A stretch of DNA of 64,000 nt from positions 67,969 to 131,968 of the forward strand of contig CASERH010000001.1 of assembly GCA_949290295.1 (NCBI GenBank). Reading direction: 5' to 3'. Shown here one piece after another: positions 18,049 through 28,058 of this stretch. A model generated the notes under the pieces. That model had not been told where the DNA came from. It searched no databases and worked only from the letters and a program-made list of their open reading frames with translations. The first letter of the stretch is position 1. Every line of letters begins with the position of its first letter. The translations under genes and the position numbers were made by a program. The DNA comes from an uncultured Pseudomonadota bacterium. Its GTDB lineage: Bacteria; Pseudomonadota; Alphaproteobacteria; RF32; CAG-239.

Positions 18049-19202
18049 TTTTCAACTCTTCCACACCCCTTACAAGTTGGGCATTCCGCACTCAAAACAT
18101 CAAGCAGTGACGGCCGTCTTCTGGCCCGAGAAACCTCGACCAAACCGGCACGACTTAGTCCGTAAACAAACACTCTTGTTGTATCGTGATGCAGGTTTTC
18201 TTCCAAAACATCAATTGCGTTTTTAAGATATTTATATTCAGAAAATCCGGCAAAATCGATAACAATCTTGCCCGACAAATTACGAAGAATAATTTGTCTG
18301 GCAATCTCTTCCGCAGCCTCAATATTTAAGCGACCAAGGCTTCCTTGCCCGTCATCATCACCACTGTCAACATCTATTGCCACGCAAGCTCTGGTTTCCT
18401 CAATTGTGATTCTGCCACCGCTCTTAAGCTTTATTTCTTTTTGCAAAGCCTCTAAAATAGCATCCTCCAGGCCATATTCTTCAAAAGGATTGGCACTGTA
18501 TTTAACGTCAAAATCCTCCCCCAGAATTTTCTCAAGATTATGGTCATTTACCACAATGGTTTTAAGGGTTTCAACATGATGATTAATTGTTTCCATTAAA
18601 ATATTGTTGCGTTCCAACAGCAAAGTCGGCGCTTTTGATGTCTTTGCTTTCTGGCGAACGGCATCAAACTTATTGCGTAAAACTTCCATTTCTTCGACAA
18701 TACTATCCTGCTCCGCATAAACGGCTGATGTCCTGACAATCCATCCCTCCTGACCGGTTGTATTGTCTTGTACTGTCTTTTTCAGTTCTTCAGCTTTCAG
18801 TTTATCACTAATTTTGGAAGAAATTTCCACATTCATTCGATAAGGACAGTAGACCAAATTATGTCCGACAAATTGCAAAGAGCGCACCAATCTTGCGCCT
18901 TTTTCGGCTCTTTGTTCTTGAGCTACCTGCACTACAACTTCTTGCCCTTCGTTTGCATTCAGGTCATCTCTGCCATATTCCTCTGCATTAATAAAAGCTT
19001 CTCTCGCGTCTCCAATATTTACGAAATACCCCGTTTTACCGTTTGCAAGCTCTATTTTTTTAGTAATTCTGCCCAAATAGATATTTCCCTCCAAGGCCTT
19101 ACTAAGGTCAACAATTTCAAGCTTTTGCAAAATACCGTCAGCCAATCCGGCCACCCGAACAACATTATTTTTACTTTCATAAACCAGAGTATCAATCATC
19201 AT
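18045..19202 (-). CDS. rng: Ribonuclease G/E-family catalytic domain protein
   Basis: S1 domain, DNase-I-like core ([11 protein letters not shown]) and a C-terminal Zn-link CPTCKGCG. The protein stops shortly after the Zn-link, so it is shorter than canonical RNase G. Confidence 0.75.
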   Translation of the reverse strand: MMIDTLVYESKNNVVRVAGLADGILQKLEIVDLSKALEGNIYLGRITKKIELANGKTGYFVNIGDAREAFINAEEYGRDDLNANEGQEVVVQVAQEQRAEKGARLVRSLQFVGHNLVYCPYRMNVEISSKISDKLKAEELKKTVQDNTTGQEGWIVRTSAVYAEQDSIVEEMEVLRNKFDAVRQKAKTSKAPTLLLERNNILMETINHHVETLKTIVVNDHNLEKILGEDFDVKYSANPFEEYGLEDAILEALQKEIKLKSGGRITIEETRACVAIDVDSGDDDGQGSLGRLNIEAAEEIARQIILRNLSGKIVIDFAGFSEYKYLKNAIDVLEENLHHDTTRVFVYGLSRAGLVEVSRARRRPSLLDVLSAECPTCKGCGRVEK

Positions 19203-19217
19203 ATTTTTTCTCCCAAA

Positions 19218-19787
19218 CTATTTTATACCTGCACCCAAAAGCAAGTTGCGGGTTTCAAACAAAGGCAACCCCACAACGCCCGAATAAGAACCTATCATTT
19301 TGCGCACCAACGCCGCCAATCTTCCTTCTATCTTATAGCCAGCGGCGCCAACCCATTCTTTACTTTTCACATAATCCTCAATTTCATTTTCAGACATTTT
19401 TTTCATTAATATCCTGGTAGAATTAAGGCGTATTGAGGCCTTTCCTTGAGAATCAATAACGCAAACAGCGCTCAACACCTTATGAGCTTTTCCGGAAATA
19501 AGCCGCATAACCTTTGTTTGTTCCTCCTCGCTGTGGGCCTTTTGAATGATTTGAGACCCCACAACAATAATGGTATCACAAGCCAAAACAACTTCCCCTG
19601 GATGTTTTTTTGCAACACTTTGAGCTTTTTCCAAAGCCATTCTCTTAACATAAGCCGTTGGCTTTTCATTTTTTTTAGGAGTTTCATCAATATCTGCCGG
19701 TTCAATCAAAGAAGGCAACATTTCTATCTGCTCAAGCAACAGCTTGCGTTGCGGCGAACCGGAAGCCAAAATAAAATTCTTAGCCAT
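19218..19787 (-). CDS. maf: Maf-like nucleoside-triphosphate pyrophosphatase
   Basis: ILASGSPQRKLLL N-terminus and overall Maf-family similarity. Conserved next to rng and yacG. Confidence 0.8.
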   Translation of the reverse strand: MAKNFILASGSPQRKLLLEQIEMLPSLIEPADIDETPKKNEKPTAYVKRMALEKAQSVAKKHPGEVVLACDTIIVVGSQIIQKAHSEEEQTKVMRLISGKAHKVLSAVCVIDSQGKASIRLNSTRILMKKMSENEIEDYVKSKEWVGAAGYKIEGRLAALVRKMIGSYSGVVGLPLFETRNLLLGAGIK

Positions 19788-19853
19788 TCCACTAACCTCA
19801 ATTTAGGAATCTTAAAAAGCAAAAAAGCGCTTAAAAGACAAGCGCTTTTGGTT

Positions 19854-20282
19854 TTATTTTACATCATCGTCGTAGGTTTTTTCCATGCGCTCGTGGCGTT
19901 CCTGAGCTTCAACCGACAAAGTTGCCACCGGACGAACTTCCAAACGCTCGATTCCAATAGGATCCCCGGTTTCTTCACAATAGCCATAGACACCATCTTC
20001 GATTCTCTTTAAGGCTTCATCAATTTTAGAGATAAGCTTACGAGCTCTATCACGAGTGCGGAGTTCCAAAGCCTTATCAGCTTCCAAGGAAGCGCGATCA
20101 ATTTGATCTGGCTGATTAAGACCGCCTTCTTTTAAGTCATTAAGAGTGTCAGTAGCCTGCCCGATTAAAGATTTTTTCCAGTTAAGAAGCTTTTGGCGGA
20201 AATACTCCAACTGCATTTCATTCATATACTCTTCATCGGCAGAGGGTTTATAATCCGGGGGAAGAATGACTGTGTTTTCCAT
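19854..20282 (-). CDS. dksA: RNA polymerase-binding transcription factor DksA
   Basis: Coiled-coil N-terminus plus C-terminal GVYGYCEETGDPIGIERLEVRPVATL of the DksA/TraR family. Confidence 0.8.
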   Translation of the reverse strand: MENTVILPPDYKPSADEEYMNEMQLEYFRQKLLNWKKSLIGQATDTLNDLKEGGLNQPDQIDRASLEADKALELRTRDRARKLISKIDEALKRIEDGVYGYCEETGDPIGIERLEVRPVATLSVEAQERHERMEKTYDDDVK

Positions 20283-20394
20283 AAATTTAACTCCTTAACA
20301 TCAGAACATTTTTTAATTGTGATACATATAGCAGGTAAAATATAAAATTCCGTAAAAAAAGCAAGTAAAATTCACGTTTTATCACCTATTAGAG

Positions 20395-20817
20395 CTAAGA
20401 TGTGAGTTTGGCGAGTTCCACCTCCACCCTAAGTTCTATTTCGGCCATAATTTCTTGCAGTTTTGGGTCACTCGATTCTGCCTGATGTTCTTTAACCATT
20501 CTGGCTGTTTCGATTAATTTATCCTTAGACATATACCCAAGCAGTAAAGCATCTCTGATTTCCTCAAGTTTTTCCAGAAGAGAATAGCCTCTTTTAATGA
20601 GTTTTTTTCTGATTTCTCTTTCTTCTTCACTGCCCACCATTTGAGTGGCAAAGATGGCGTCTGTCACTGATATACCTGATGTTGGGCCAACTTGTTGGTT
20701 TTTTTTACTCATAGTTTCATTGAGATAAGCCGAAAAACTCTCTCCGCCGGATGCTTTTTTTATATTTTTTCCGGAACTGATATCGTTAGTTTTGTTTATA
20801 TCATTAACCTTAATCAA
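20395..20817 (-). CDS. Hypothetical 140-aa protein
   Basis: No confident family. The helical, charged C-terminus is faintly reminiscent of FlgM-like anti-sigma factors. Confidence 0.3.
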   Translation of the reverse strand: MIKVNDINKTNDISSGKNIKKASGGESFSAYLNETMSKKNQQVGPTSGISVTDAIFATQMVGSEEEREIRKKLIKRGYSLLEKLEEIRDALLLGYMSKDKLIETARMVKEHQAESSDPKLQEIMAEIELRVEVELAKLTS

Positions 20818-20829
20818 GCCACTTCTCCC

Positions 20830-21462
20830 CTACTGAAAAGTCCAAGTAATTACATTTTTCTCATCATCGGCGCAACTTTCAGATGCTTTGACAGGAGAAA
20901 TGGGTAAAGCATCAGCATCTCCGAACTTAACACCATTAATGGGCAATTTAAACGTATTGTTATTTATTTTAAGCTGAAAGAGATCTGCGCCATCGATGCC
21001 ACTCCAATTTATCTGGCTTAAATTCATGCATGTGCGCAAAGAAAGCTTATTAAAGGTGACATCAAAATAATCATCGCCCAAAGAGGAAGTTTCTATGATA
21101 ACTTCTCCGTTAAGCCTATGAACAATTTCTCCATTAACCAGCATCTGAGAAGGAATAAGTTGCTCTTCCTTCAATTTTTGCGGCGTCATTTCAGAAGAAG
21201 AAAGTTCTGCGTAATTACCTTCCAAGCGATAACGCGTTGCAATATTTTTTTGAATTTCTCTAATTTCGTTAACTACCATATTTTGCCTAAACATCTCATA
21301 CATATTACCCACAAGAGATATAGCAGCAACGGTCAACACTATCACAACAGATATTGCGGCAATAGCTTCCATCATGGTTGTCCCTTTTTGATCAGATTTA
21401 AGCATACAATCTCCTACCAGTTCTTTATCACTAAGGATATCATTAAAAGTTTCAGTAAACAA
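20830..21462 (-). CDS. Prepilin-type N-terminal cleavage/methylation domain protein (type IVb-like pilin or pseudopilin)
   Basis: A 27-aa leader ending in KG, then TTMMEAIAAISVVIVLTVAAISLVG with Glu at +5 and a hydrophobic helix. This is the class III signal peptide architecture with a long leader. Confidence 0.5.
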   Translation of the reverse strand: MFTETFNDILSDKELVGDCMLKSDQKGTTMMEAIAAISVVIVLTVAAISLVGNMYEMFRQNMVVNEIREIQKNIATRYRLEGNYAELSSSEMTPQKLKEEQLIPSQMLVNGEIVHRLNGEVIIETSSLGDDYFDVTFNKLSLRTCMNLSQINWSGIDGADLFQLKINNNTFKLPINGVKFGDADALPISPVKASESCADDEKNVITWTFQ

Positions 21463-21579
21463 TAATTTTGTAATATTAATTTACTTCCTTTTTTAAAAAA
21501 ATAAGTTATAGTAGTCACTGTCATAGATGCTTGGATCAAGTATCTTGAAACAGTTAAACTTTATAAAGGAATTTCTAAT

Positions 21580-22116
21580 ATGAAGAATACTATTGCTTTG
21601 ATGGCTGCTGTTTCTGCATTTGCATTTGCTGCCAATGCCAGCGCCTTAGAATACACCCCTTACGTAGCTGCTGATTACACCTACACAGATGTTCAAAATG
21701 CTGCCGAAGTACATGGTGGTAAAGTTTCTGTAGGTACCGACTACAACAAATATTTTGGTACTGAAATTTTCTACCAGCGCACAGGTTCTGACCGTGTTCA
21801 CGCGGCAGATGGCACTAACGAATATTCTCTCCAGAGCTATGGCTTGGATGTAAACGGTTATTTGCCTTTGGGTTGCGACCAAACCTTTGCTTTGGTTGGA
21901 ACAGCCGGTATTGCCAATATTGATCTTAAATACACCAACCCCGGCGAAACCCGCAAGACAGAAAACGGTTTAGGTTACCGCTTGGGTGCAGGTTTTGAAT
22001 ATGACCTCACAAGCAATGTCGCTGTCAGAGCAATGTATCGCTACACATTCACTGACAAACTTGGTGATTTAGACCACATGAACGAATATTCTTTGGGTGT
22101 TAAATACTCTTTCTAA
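21580..22116 (+). CDS. Outer-membrane beta-barrel protein (OmpA-like N-domain/OmpW-like small porin)
   Basis: Signal peptide ending ANASA. Alternating amphipathic beta strands. C-terminal aromatic residue (YSF). Confidence 0.6.
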   Translation: MKNTIALMAAVSAFAFAANASALEYTPYVAADYTYTDVQNAAEVHGGKVSVGTDYNKYFGTEIFYQRTGSDRVHAADGTNEYSLQSYGLDVNGYLPLGCDQTFALVGTAGIANIDLKYTNPGETRKTENGLGYRLGAGFEYDLTSNVAVRAMYRYTFTDKLGDLDHMNEYSLGVKYSF

Positions 22117-22133
22117 TAGACACTATTTGTTCA

Positions 22134-22169
22134 AGAAAAAAGGAAGGGATATATCCCTTCCTTTTTTCT
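22134..22169. terminator. Bidirectional Rho-independent terminator
   Basis: Perfect 9-bp stem AGGAAGGGA-tata-TCCCTTCCT flanked by an A7 run and a T6 run. Confidence 0.75.
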
Positions 22170-22245
22170 TGCAAAAAAGATATGGAAAAAAAATTCAAAC
22201 CATTTATATTATATTCAGAAAATATAAATAACAAGGTTCCGCACA

Positions 22246-22725
22246 ATGAAAAATATTTTATATTTTTGCCTACTGTTGTTAAGCTTGAGCGCCTGCTCTA
22301 AAACAGATGAGCAAAATCAAAACACCCCCGCCAAACCGGAGGCTTCTGCCGAAATAGACAGTGAAACGGTTTTTTCCTTTGATATTAATACTCTAAAACC
22401 CGGCTGTGATAATGAAAGCCAAATTGTTTGCGCCATCAATGCAAGCATTAAATGCACCATCAATCCATCTTTTGCCGAATGTGCAGAAATGAGAGCTTAC
22501 ATGCCAAATTTCATATTTATGGATGATGAAAGTCTGCAACGCCCCACATCTCAGTCATATAAGATAACCAAAATAAAACCTCTCCCTGATGGAACAGTGG
22601 AAGTTTACACTCAAAGCACCTGTAACGGCAATTGGTTTGGTCTGTGCAACGGCAATATCATCTACGTAATGGACTATCAAAACAATCGTTGGGTTGTAAA
22701 AGATTTATATGCCGTAGAAATCTAA
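22246..22725 (+). CDS. Lipoprotein of 159 aa
   Basis: Signal peptide with lipobox LSAC. Cys-rich mature part. No family. Confidence 0.45.
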   Translation: MKNILYFCLLLLSLSACSKTDEQNQNTPAKPEASAEIDSETVFSFDINTLKPGCDNESQIVCAINASIKCTINPSFAECAEMRAYMPNFIFMDDESLQRPTSQSYKITKIKPLPDGTVEVYTQSTCNGNWFGLCNGNIIYVMDYQNNRWVVKDLYAVEI

Positions 22726-23207
22726 TTTTCAGCTACAGATTTACTAAGAATATTCATAAAGGCTCGGCTTACCTGAGTTTCAGGACCGAGCTCTTTTTTT
22801 TGTACTTCAAACAGCTCATTTGAGTTCATTTGATTAAGGTCTGCTTTGAGAGAAGAATTAACGGGAATTTCCCCGCTACGATCGATATAGTTGATATCAC
22901 GATTATAATCATCAAACTTTTTTTGATAATCGGGAACAGCGATTTTTTCTGTTTTTTCCTCTATAAATTCCGATTTATCAACAGTGGCAACCATATTTTC
23001 CGACTTAGTATTAAGCATCTTTTTTTTTGGCAAAGGCGGTAACTTTTCAGGTTGATTAAATTGGACCTCCTTAGGCATAAAAAAATCAGGTTGAAGCTGT
23101 TTTCTGACATAGCGACCATAAGCAGTGACACTCACCCCGAGAGAAACTATCAACAAAAGGGCCCAAAGCGTAAATTTTTTATGCATAAAATAAACTCCAT
23201 CAACCAT
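22722..23207 (-). CDS. Membrane-anchored hypothetical protein of 161 aa
   Basis: N-terminal TM (WALLLIVSLGVSVTAYG). Remainder has no recognised family. Confidence 0.35.
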   Translation of the reverse strand: MVDGVYFMHKKFTLWALLLIVSLGVSVTAYGRYVRKQLQPDFFMPKEVQFNQPEKLPPLPKKKMLNTKSENMVATVDKSEFIEEKTEKIAVPDYQKKFDDYNRDINYIDRSGEIPVNSSLKADLNQMNSNELFEVQKKELGPETQVSRAFMNILSKSVAEN

Positions 23208-23238
23208 AATTTAACCAATCAATCCTATAGTAAAATAC

Positions 23239-23892
23239 ATGAAAAAGATTTTTTTTATATTAACATTCCTGATTTTTCCGACTTTGGCTTTTGGAGCCTG
23301 TCCGGAAATTACTTCTGCACCCAAAATAGAATTATACACTTCTTACGGAAAATTGAGATACGATTTCAGCCAAAACAACCAACAGATAACAAAATTAGCA
23401 GAAAAACAAGGAATTATAGAAAAAGGTCTTTTTGCCTCCGGGCTTTCCACAATCAATGTAAATATGGATATTACCCTAAAAACCGTAGGCGATATTATCG
23501 GCAAATATGACTTTTGTGTTTACCCCACAACCATAAAACTTTCTGTTTATTTCAGTGATCCCACCATTTATATCTCAAAACAACTTATTCCCAACAGTTG
23601 CGAATATAATGTTGTCTTGAGACATGAACAAACCCACCAACAAATAAATAAAGCAGCCTTGGACTATTTTCTTCCATTATTTGATGAAGCTGCAAAAAAA
23701 ATTGCACTCTCTATAAAACCGATAAATGTCAAATCTCTCTCAGAGATAGACAAAGCGTCTGCAGAGTTAACGGAAGAATATAACAAAAAACTCTCACCCT
23801 TGCTTGAATTTTTCAAACAAGAGTTATTAAAAGAGCAGTTAAAATTAGATAATCAAGCTAACTATCAGCATGAAAATATTCTATGCAGATAA
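23239..23892 (+). CDS. Secreted protein with an HExxH motif (putative Zn-metallopeptidase, DUF922-like)
   Basis: Signal peptide (FPTLAFGA) and VLRHEQTHQQ (HExxH). Confidence 0.4.
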   Translation: MKKIFFILTFLIFPTLAFGACPEITSAPKIELYTSYGKLRYDFSQNNQQITKLAEKQGIIEKGLFASGLSTINVNMDITLKTVGDIIGKYDFCVYPTTIKLSVYFSDPTIYISKQLIPNSCEYNVVLRHEQTHQQINKAALDYFLPLFDEAAKKIALSIKPINVKSLSEIDKASAELTEEYNKKLSPLLEFFKQELLKEQLKLDNQANYQHENILCR

Positions 23893-24561
23893 CTTTTTGG
23901 CATCTTTCAAAACAAAATCCAAAAAGCTCATTAAGCCTTTATAGGCATAATCAATGTAAGTTTTATCTTTGGCAGAATTATTGTGATAATAGATTCTAAC
24001 CGTTGTCATACCGGCTTCTTTAGCATACTCAAGGTTAGAATAACTGTCATCAACAAATACACAATCCTGAGGCCTAACACCAATCTTCTGGCAATAGCGA
24101 ATATAAACATCGGCGCTTTCGTTTTTCTTATAAACACCAAAATCTTCAACGGAATAATAGCGGTCTTTAAAAAATTCCCACAAACCCAAATGCTTGAGAA
24201 TTTTTTCAGAAGCATATCTGTCGCTGGCAGTAAACACATATTGCTCAGCGGGAACTTTTCTTAATTTTTCCAAAAGATTCTTATAAGGAACTATTTTTTC
24301 AACAGGTTTACGCCTATGATAAGCAATAAATAAGTCTCTGGGATCAATACCATAGTCTCTAAAGAATATTTCACCACCATCACGATAAATTTTAAAGGAT
24401 TCTGTTACTAATTTTTTAGTGGTATCAAAATCAAGCTTAAGTCCCAAATCTTCTATCAAAGCCTGGGCCATTGTAGTATCCAATAAATCGGCAAATTCTT
24501 CGGTTTTATTATACAGTGTATCATCCAAATCATAAATGATGATATTTTTACCAAAGACCAC
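23881..24561 (-). CDS. HAD-superfamily hydrolase (pyrimidine 5'-nucleotidase/YjjG-like)
   Basis: Motif I IIIYDLDDTLY. Motifs III/IV are K...FVDDS. Confidence 0.6.
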   Translation of the reverse strand: MVFGKNIIIYDLDDTLYNKTEEFADLLDTTMAQALIEDLGLKLDFDTTKKLVTESFKIYRDGGEIFFRDYGIDPRDLFIAYHRRKPVEKIVPYKNLLEKLRKVPAEQYVFTASDRYASEKILKHLGLWEFFKDRYYSVEDFGVYKKNESADVYIRYCQKIGVRPQDCVFVDDSYSNLEYAKEAGMTTVRIYYHNNSAKDKTYIDYAYKGLMSFLDFVLKDAKKLSA

Positions 24562-24696
24562 GATAATCTCCTTTTTTTATTTTACTCACAACCTTGGTAA
24601 TATTACCCAAATAGATAAATTCGTCAACAAAATACTTGAATAGCCGATATTCCTAAATATATCAAAAAAGTTCCAACAACCAACAGAGAGGAAGAA

Positions 24697-24987
24697 ATGA
24701 TAAAGAATATTTTTACATTAGCACTGGCGACAACATTTTTGAGTTGTTTTGAAGCCGCTGCACAAGATCAAACCCAAGCTGAAATCGGCAATCCAGGCTC
24801 TGCTAATATAATGATGGTAGAAGAAGGATACGTTGTGCAGACTGCCGCACCACAAGAAAATTCGGACAATCAAACATCTCTCAACATGCCAGACGATTCG
24901 GCAACTGTTATGGAACAAATTACCGGCACAGAAACTCCCAATAGTCTGGATATAGAAGAAGATGAAACAGTTATTCAGAACAACTAA
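24697..24987 (+). CDS. Small secreted acidic protein of 96 aa
   Basis: Signal peptide then low-complexity acidic sequence. Gene prediction is weak. Confidence 0.3.
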   Translation: MIKNIFTLALATTFLSCFEAAAQDQTQAEIGNPGSANIMMVEEGYVVQTAAPQENSDNQTSLNMPDDSATVMEQITGTETPNSLDIEEDETVIQNN

Positions 24988-24999
24988 AAACTGAGTAAT

Positions 25000-25040
25000 A
25001 AAGAGGCCGTTAGCTGTTCCAAACGGCCTCTTTTATTTTA
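25000..25040. terminator. Bidirectional terminator with an 11-bp perfect stem
   Basis: AAGAGGCCGTT-agctgttcc-AACGGCCTCTT followed by TTTATTTT. The dnaQ stop lies inside the stem. Confidence 0.7.
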
Positions 25041-25696
25041 CTTTGCAAAAAAGCATTATGAGCATTTATTTCATCTTCACTCAAAGCAAAATTTCTGGCC
25101 GGCCGCAAAGTTCTTTGTTGTTGAGTTGTCTCCATGTTTTTTTCAACTTTTGTTTTTTTAGAATCAAGCAACAAGCTTGGTTCTTTTCCACCCAAAAGTT
25201 CCAAATATACCTCAGACAGCAGCTGGGCATCAAGTAGTGCTCCGTGAAAAGTACGGCTGCTGTTATCAACCTCAAACCTTTTACACAAGGCATCCAAACT
25301 GCACCTGGCACCTGGAAACAGCAGTCTGGCAATTTCCAAGGTATCAACCACCCTGCTCCATTCAAATTCCGGCTTTCCTATTTGTTTCAGCTCATAATTC
25401 ACAAAATTAATATCAAAAGAGGCATTATGAGCAACCAAAGTAGCGTCACCCACAAAATCGAGCCAATCATCGGCAATTTTTTCAAAGGTAGGAAAATCTT
25501 TCAAAAAATCATAAGTTAATCCGTGAACTTTAACAACCTCTTCAGGCACATCTCTTTCCGGATTAATATATTGATGAAAAGTCACGCCGGTCGGCATATG
25601 ATTAATAAGCTCAACAGCGCCAATTTCAACCAATCTGTCACCCTTAGCATAGTCAAAACCCGTTGTTTCGGTATCAAACACAATTTCTCTTGTCAT
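25010..25696 (-). CDS. dnaQ: DNA polymerase III epsilon subunit (3'-5' exonuclease)
   Basis: Exo I motif VFDTETTG plus Exo II and III motifs. Confidence 0.85.
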   Translation of the reverse strand: MTREIVFDTETTGFDYAKGDRLVEIGAVELINHMPTGVTFHQYINPERDVPEEVVKVHGLTYDFLKDFPTFEKIADDWLDFVGDATLVAHNASFDINFVNYELKQIGKPEFEWSRVVDTLEIARLLFPGARCSLDALCKRFEVDNSSRTFHGALLDAQLLSEVYLELLGGKEPSLLLDSKKTKVEKNMETTQQQRTLRPARNFALSEDEINAHNAFLQSKIKEAVWNS

Positions 25697-26289
25697 AAAT
25701 TAGCTTCCAATCCTCTAATAATGTTAATAAGCTCAACCTTGAGCAAATTTTTAGGCTTATCGGTATTAATCACCACATCAGCCAACATTTTTTTATGTTC
25801 ATTACTCATTTGCACGTTATTTATCTTGTCAAAATCCTCGGCAGAAACATTATCTCTTTTCATGACACGTTGCTTTTGGATATTATAATCAACATCTGCC
25901 ACCAAAATCAAATCACAATATTTATCCCATCCCATTTCAAACAATAAAGCCACATCAATAAAAAATATATCAGAATAACAGGCGTTTTCTCTAATGACTT
26001 TTTTTAAATTTTCACGCAAAAAAGGATGAATAAGACTTTCTAAGAGTTTGAGTTTATCTTTATCATTAAAGACCAAATTGCGTAAAGCTCTTTTATCAGC
26101 CACTCCATTATGAACAGTTCCGGGAAAATGTTTTTCCAGTGTTTTTAAAAAATCCCGAGAAAAGTAGAGCCTCCTCACCCAACCGTCAATATCAAAAACG
26201 GTATACCCCAAAGAATTGGCAATTTTAGCCAAAGTAGTCTTTCCGCATCCGATAGAACCGGTAATAGCCACAAGCAACATAAAAAACAT
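25693..26289 (-). CDS. coaE: Dephospho-CoA kinase
   Basis: P-loop ITGSIGCGKTT. The coaE-dnaQ arrangement is conserved in alphaproteobacteria. Confidence 0.8.
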   Translation of the reverse strand: MFFMLLVAITGSIGCGKTTLAKIANSLGYTVFDIDGWVRRLYFSRDFLKTLEKHFPGTVHNGVADKRALRNLVFNDKDKLKLLESLIHPFLRENLKKVIRENACYSDIFFIDVALLFEMGWDKYCDLILVADVDYNIQKQRVMKRDNVSAEDFDKINNVQMSNEHKKMLADVVINTDKPKNLLKVELINIIRGLEANL

Positions 26290-26764
26290 CCTTTTATCAG
26301 AAGGTTAAACAAGTTATAAACAGAAGTCTCATTTTCTGTGCATAACTCACCCCTACCCTACCTTTTATAACTTTTTATCACCGTAAAGTAAAATTTAATC
26401 TCACAACTTACACACAGGCTTAAATTTGATTCACAAGATGTGGATAACAAAACTTACTAACAACCAACAAAAAATAAGCTTCACAACATTAGTCAATTGA
26501 AAAGACTAAAATCTTAATAAATTATTAACAAATTTCCTCAACTTTATTAACAAAGAGTTAAAATCTGAATAACTCAAAGATAAAAAAATAATCAACAACT
26601 CTCACAGGGATTCACAAACAACAAAAACATTTTAAAAATATATTATTGGCCCTGCGGGGCTGTTCATAAAAGTGCCTTATAATATTAATTGACAGAAGGT
26701 AAAAAAACTCTTATAAAAAAATCACAAATATCCCTCCTATTTAATCATTTCCAAAAAGGTTTCC
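26290..26764 (+). promoter_or_regulatory. Long AT-rich rho leader/promoter region with C/A-rich (T)TCACAA repeats and one consensus DnaA box
   Basis: TGTGGATAA at 26440-26448, which is the reverse complement of TTATCCACA. At least five copies of TCACAA/TCACAG. The 475-nt untranslated stretch upstream of rho is typical of rut-containing autoregulatory leaders. Confidence 0.4.
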
Positions 26765-28018
26765 ATGAATTTAAAAGATTTAAAACAAAAGTCTCCGACT
26801 GAGTTATTAACTCAGGCAGAGGATCTGGGCATAGAAGATGCATCTTCCATGCGTGTACAAGACTTGATGTTTGCTATTTTGAAAAAAGTAGCAGGCGAAG
26901 ATCAAACCATCAGCGGCGAAGGAACCATAGAGGTTATGCAAGATGGCTTTGGTTTTTTACGTTCAGCTCAATCAAATTACCTGGCCGGCCCGGATGATAT
27001 ATATGTATCTCCCGCCCAAGTAAAGAAATTTGGTTTAAGAACCGGAGACACGGTAGAAGGAGAGATAAGAGCGCCGAAAGACAATGAGCGCTACTTTGCT
27101 CTGGTAAAAGTAAATAAGATTAATTTTGAAGACCCCGAAAAATCAAAATTGAGAGTAAATTTCGATAACTTAACACCTTTGTACCCGACGGAAAAACTCA
27201 ATTTTGACATTATATGCGGAGAGAAAGATTACACCACAAGAGTCATTGACTTGATTGCTCCGCAGGGAAAAGGACAGAGAGGCTTGATTGTGGCTCCTCC
27301 TCGCACAGGTAAAACTGTAATGTTGCAAAACATTGCGCATGCCATAGCCACCAATCATCCTGAATGCTATTTAATGGTGTTGCTGATAGATGAGCGACCG
27401 GAAGAGGTAACTGATATGACCCGCTCTGTTAAAGGAGAGGTTATATCATCGACATTTGATGAGCCGGCCAGCCGCCATGTTCAGGTTGCAGAAATGGTGA
27501 TAGAAAAAGCCAAACGTCTGGTAGAAACCAAAAAAGACGTTGTTATTTTGCTGGATTCTATTACTCGTTTAGGCAGAGCCTATAATACCGTGATTCCTTC
27601 ATCAGGAAAGGTTTTAACCGGCGGTGTAGATGCCAATGCTCTGCAAAGACCAAAACGCCTGCTTGGTGCTGCCAGAAATGTTGAAGAAGGCGGGTCCTTA
27701 ACCATCATTGCCACGGCGTTGATAGATACCGGTTCTCGCATGGATGAGGTCATTTTTGAAGAATTTAAGGGAACGGGTAACTCAGAAATTATTCTTGATA
27801 GAAAACTAACAGATAAACGTTTATTCCCGACCATAGATATCACACGTTCCGGCACCAGAAAAGAAGAACTTTTGGTAGATAAAGAACGCTTAACCAAGAT
27901 GTGGGTTTTGCGCCGTGTCTTGATGCAAATGGGCATGACGGACGGCATGGAGTTCTTGCTTGATAAATTAAGGGTGAGCAAGGACAATAATGACTTCTTT
28001 GCCAATATGAATTCCTAA
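26765..28018 (+). CDS. rho: Transcription termination factor Rho
   Basis: N-terminal OB/RNA-binding domain. Walker [10 protein letters not shown] and R loops. Confidence 0.9.
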   Translation: MNLKDLKQKSPTELLTQAEDLGIEDASSMRVQDLMFAILKKVAGEDQTISGEGTIEVMQDGFGFLRSAQSNYLAGPDDIYVSPAQVKKFGLRTGDTVEGEIRAPKDNERYFALVKVNKINFEDPEKSKLRVNFDNLTPLYPTEKLNFDIICGEKDYTTRVIDLIAPQGKGQRGLIVAPPRTGKTVMLQNIAHAIATNHPECYLMVLLIDERPEEVTDMTRSVKGEVISSTFDEPASRHVQVAEMVIEKAKRLVETKKDVVILLDSITRLGRAYNTVIPSSGKVLTGGVDANALQRPKRLLGAARNVEEGGSLTIIATALIDTGSRMDEVIFEEFKGTGNSEIILDRKLTDKRLFPTIDITRSGTRKEELLVDKERLTKMWVLRRVLMQMGMTDGMEFLLDKLRVSKDNNDFFANMNS

Positions 28019-28021
28019 AAT

Positions 28022-28058
28022 AAAAACCCCTTTGAATAAAATCAAAGGGGTTTTTATT
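28022..28058. terminator. Bidirectional Rho-independent terminator
   Basis: AAACCCCTTT-gaataaaatc-AAAGGGGTTT followed by a T-run, between convergent genes. Confidence 0.7.

Noticed and set aside
26290-26764. Chromosomal origin (oriC) in the rho upstream region.
   Set aside because: Only a single consensus DnaA box was seen. The A/C-rich repeats fit a rut-containing rho leader better, and alphaproteobacterial origins are usually near hemE.
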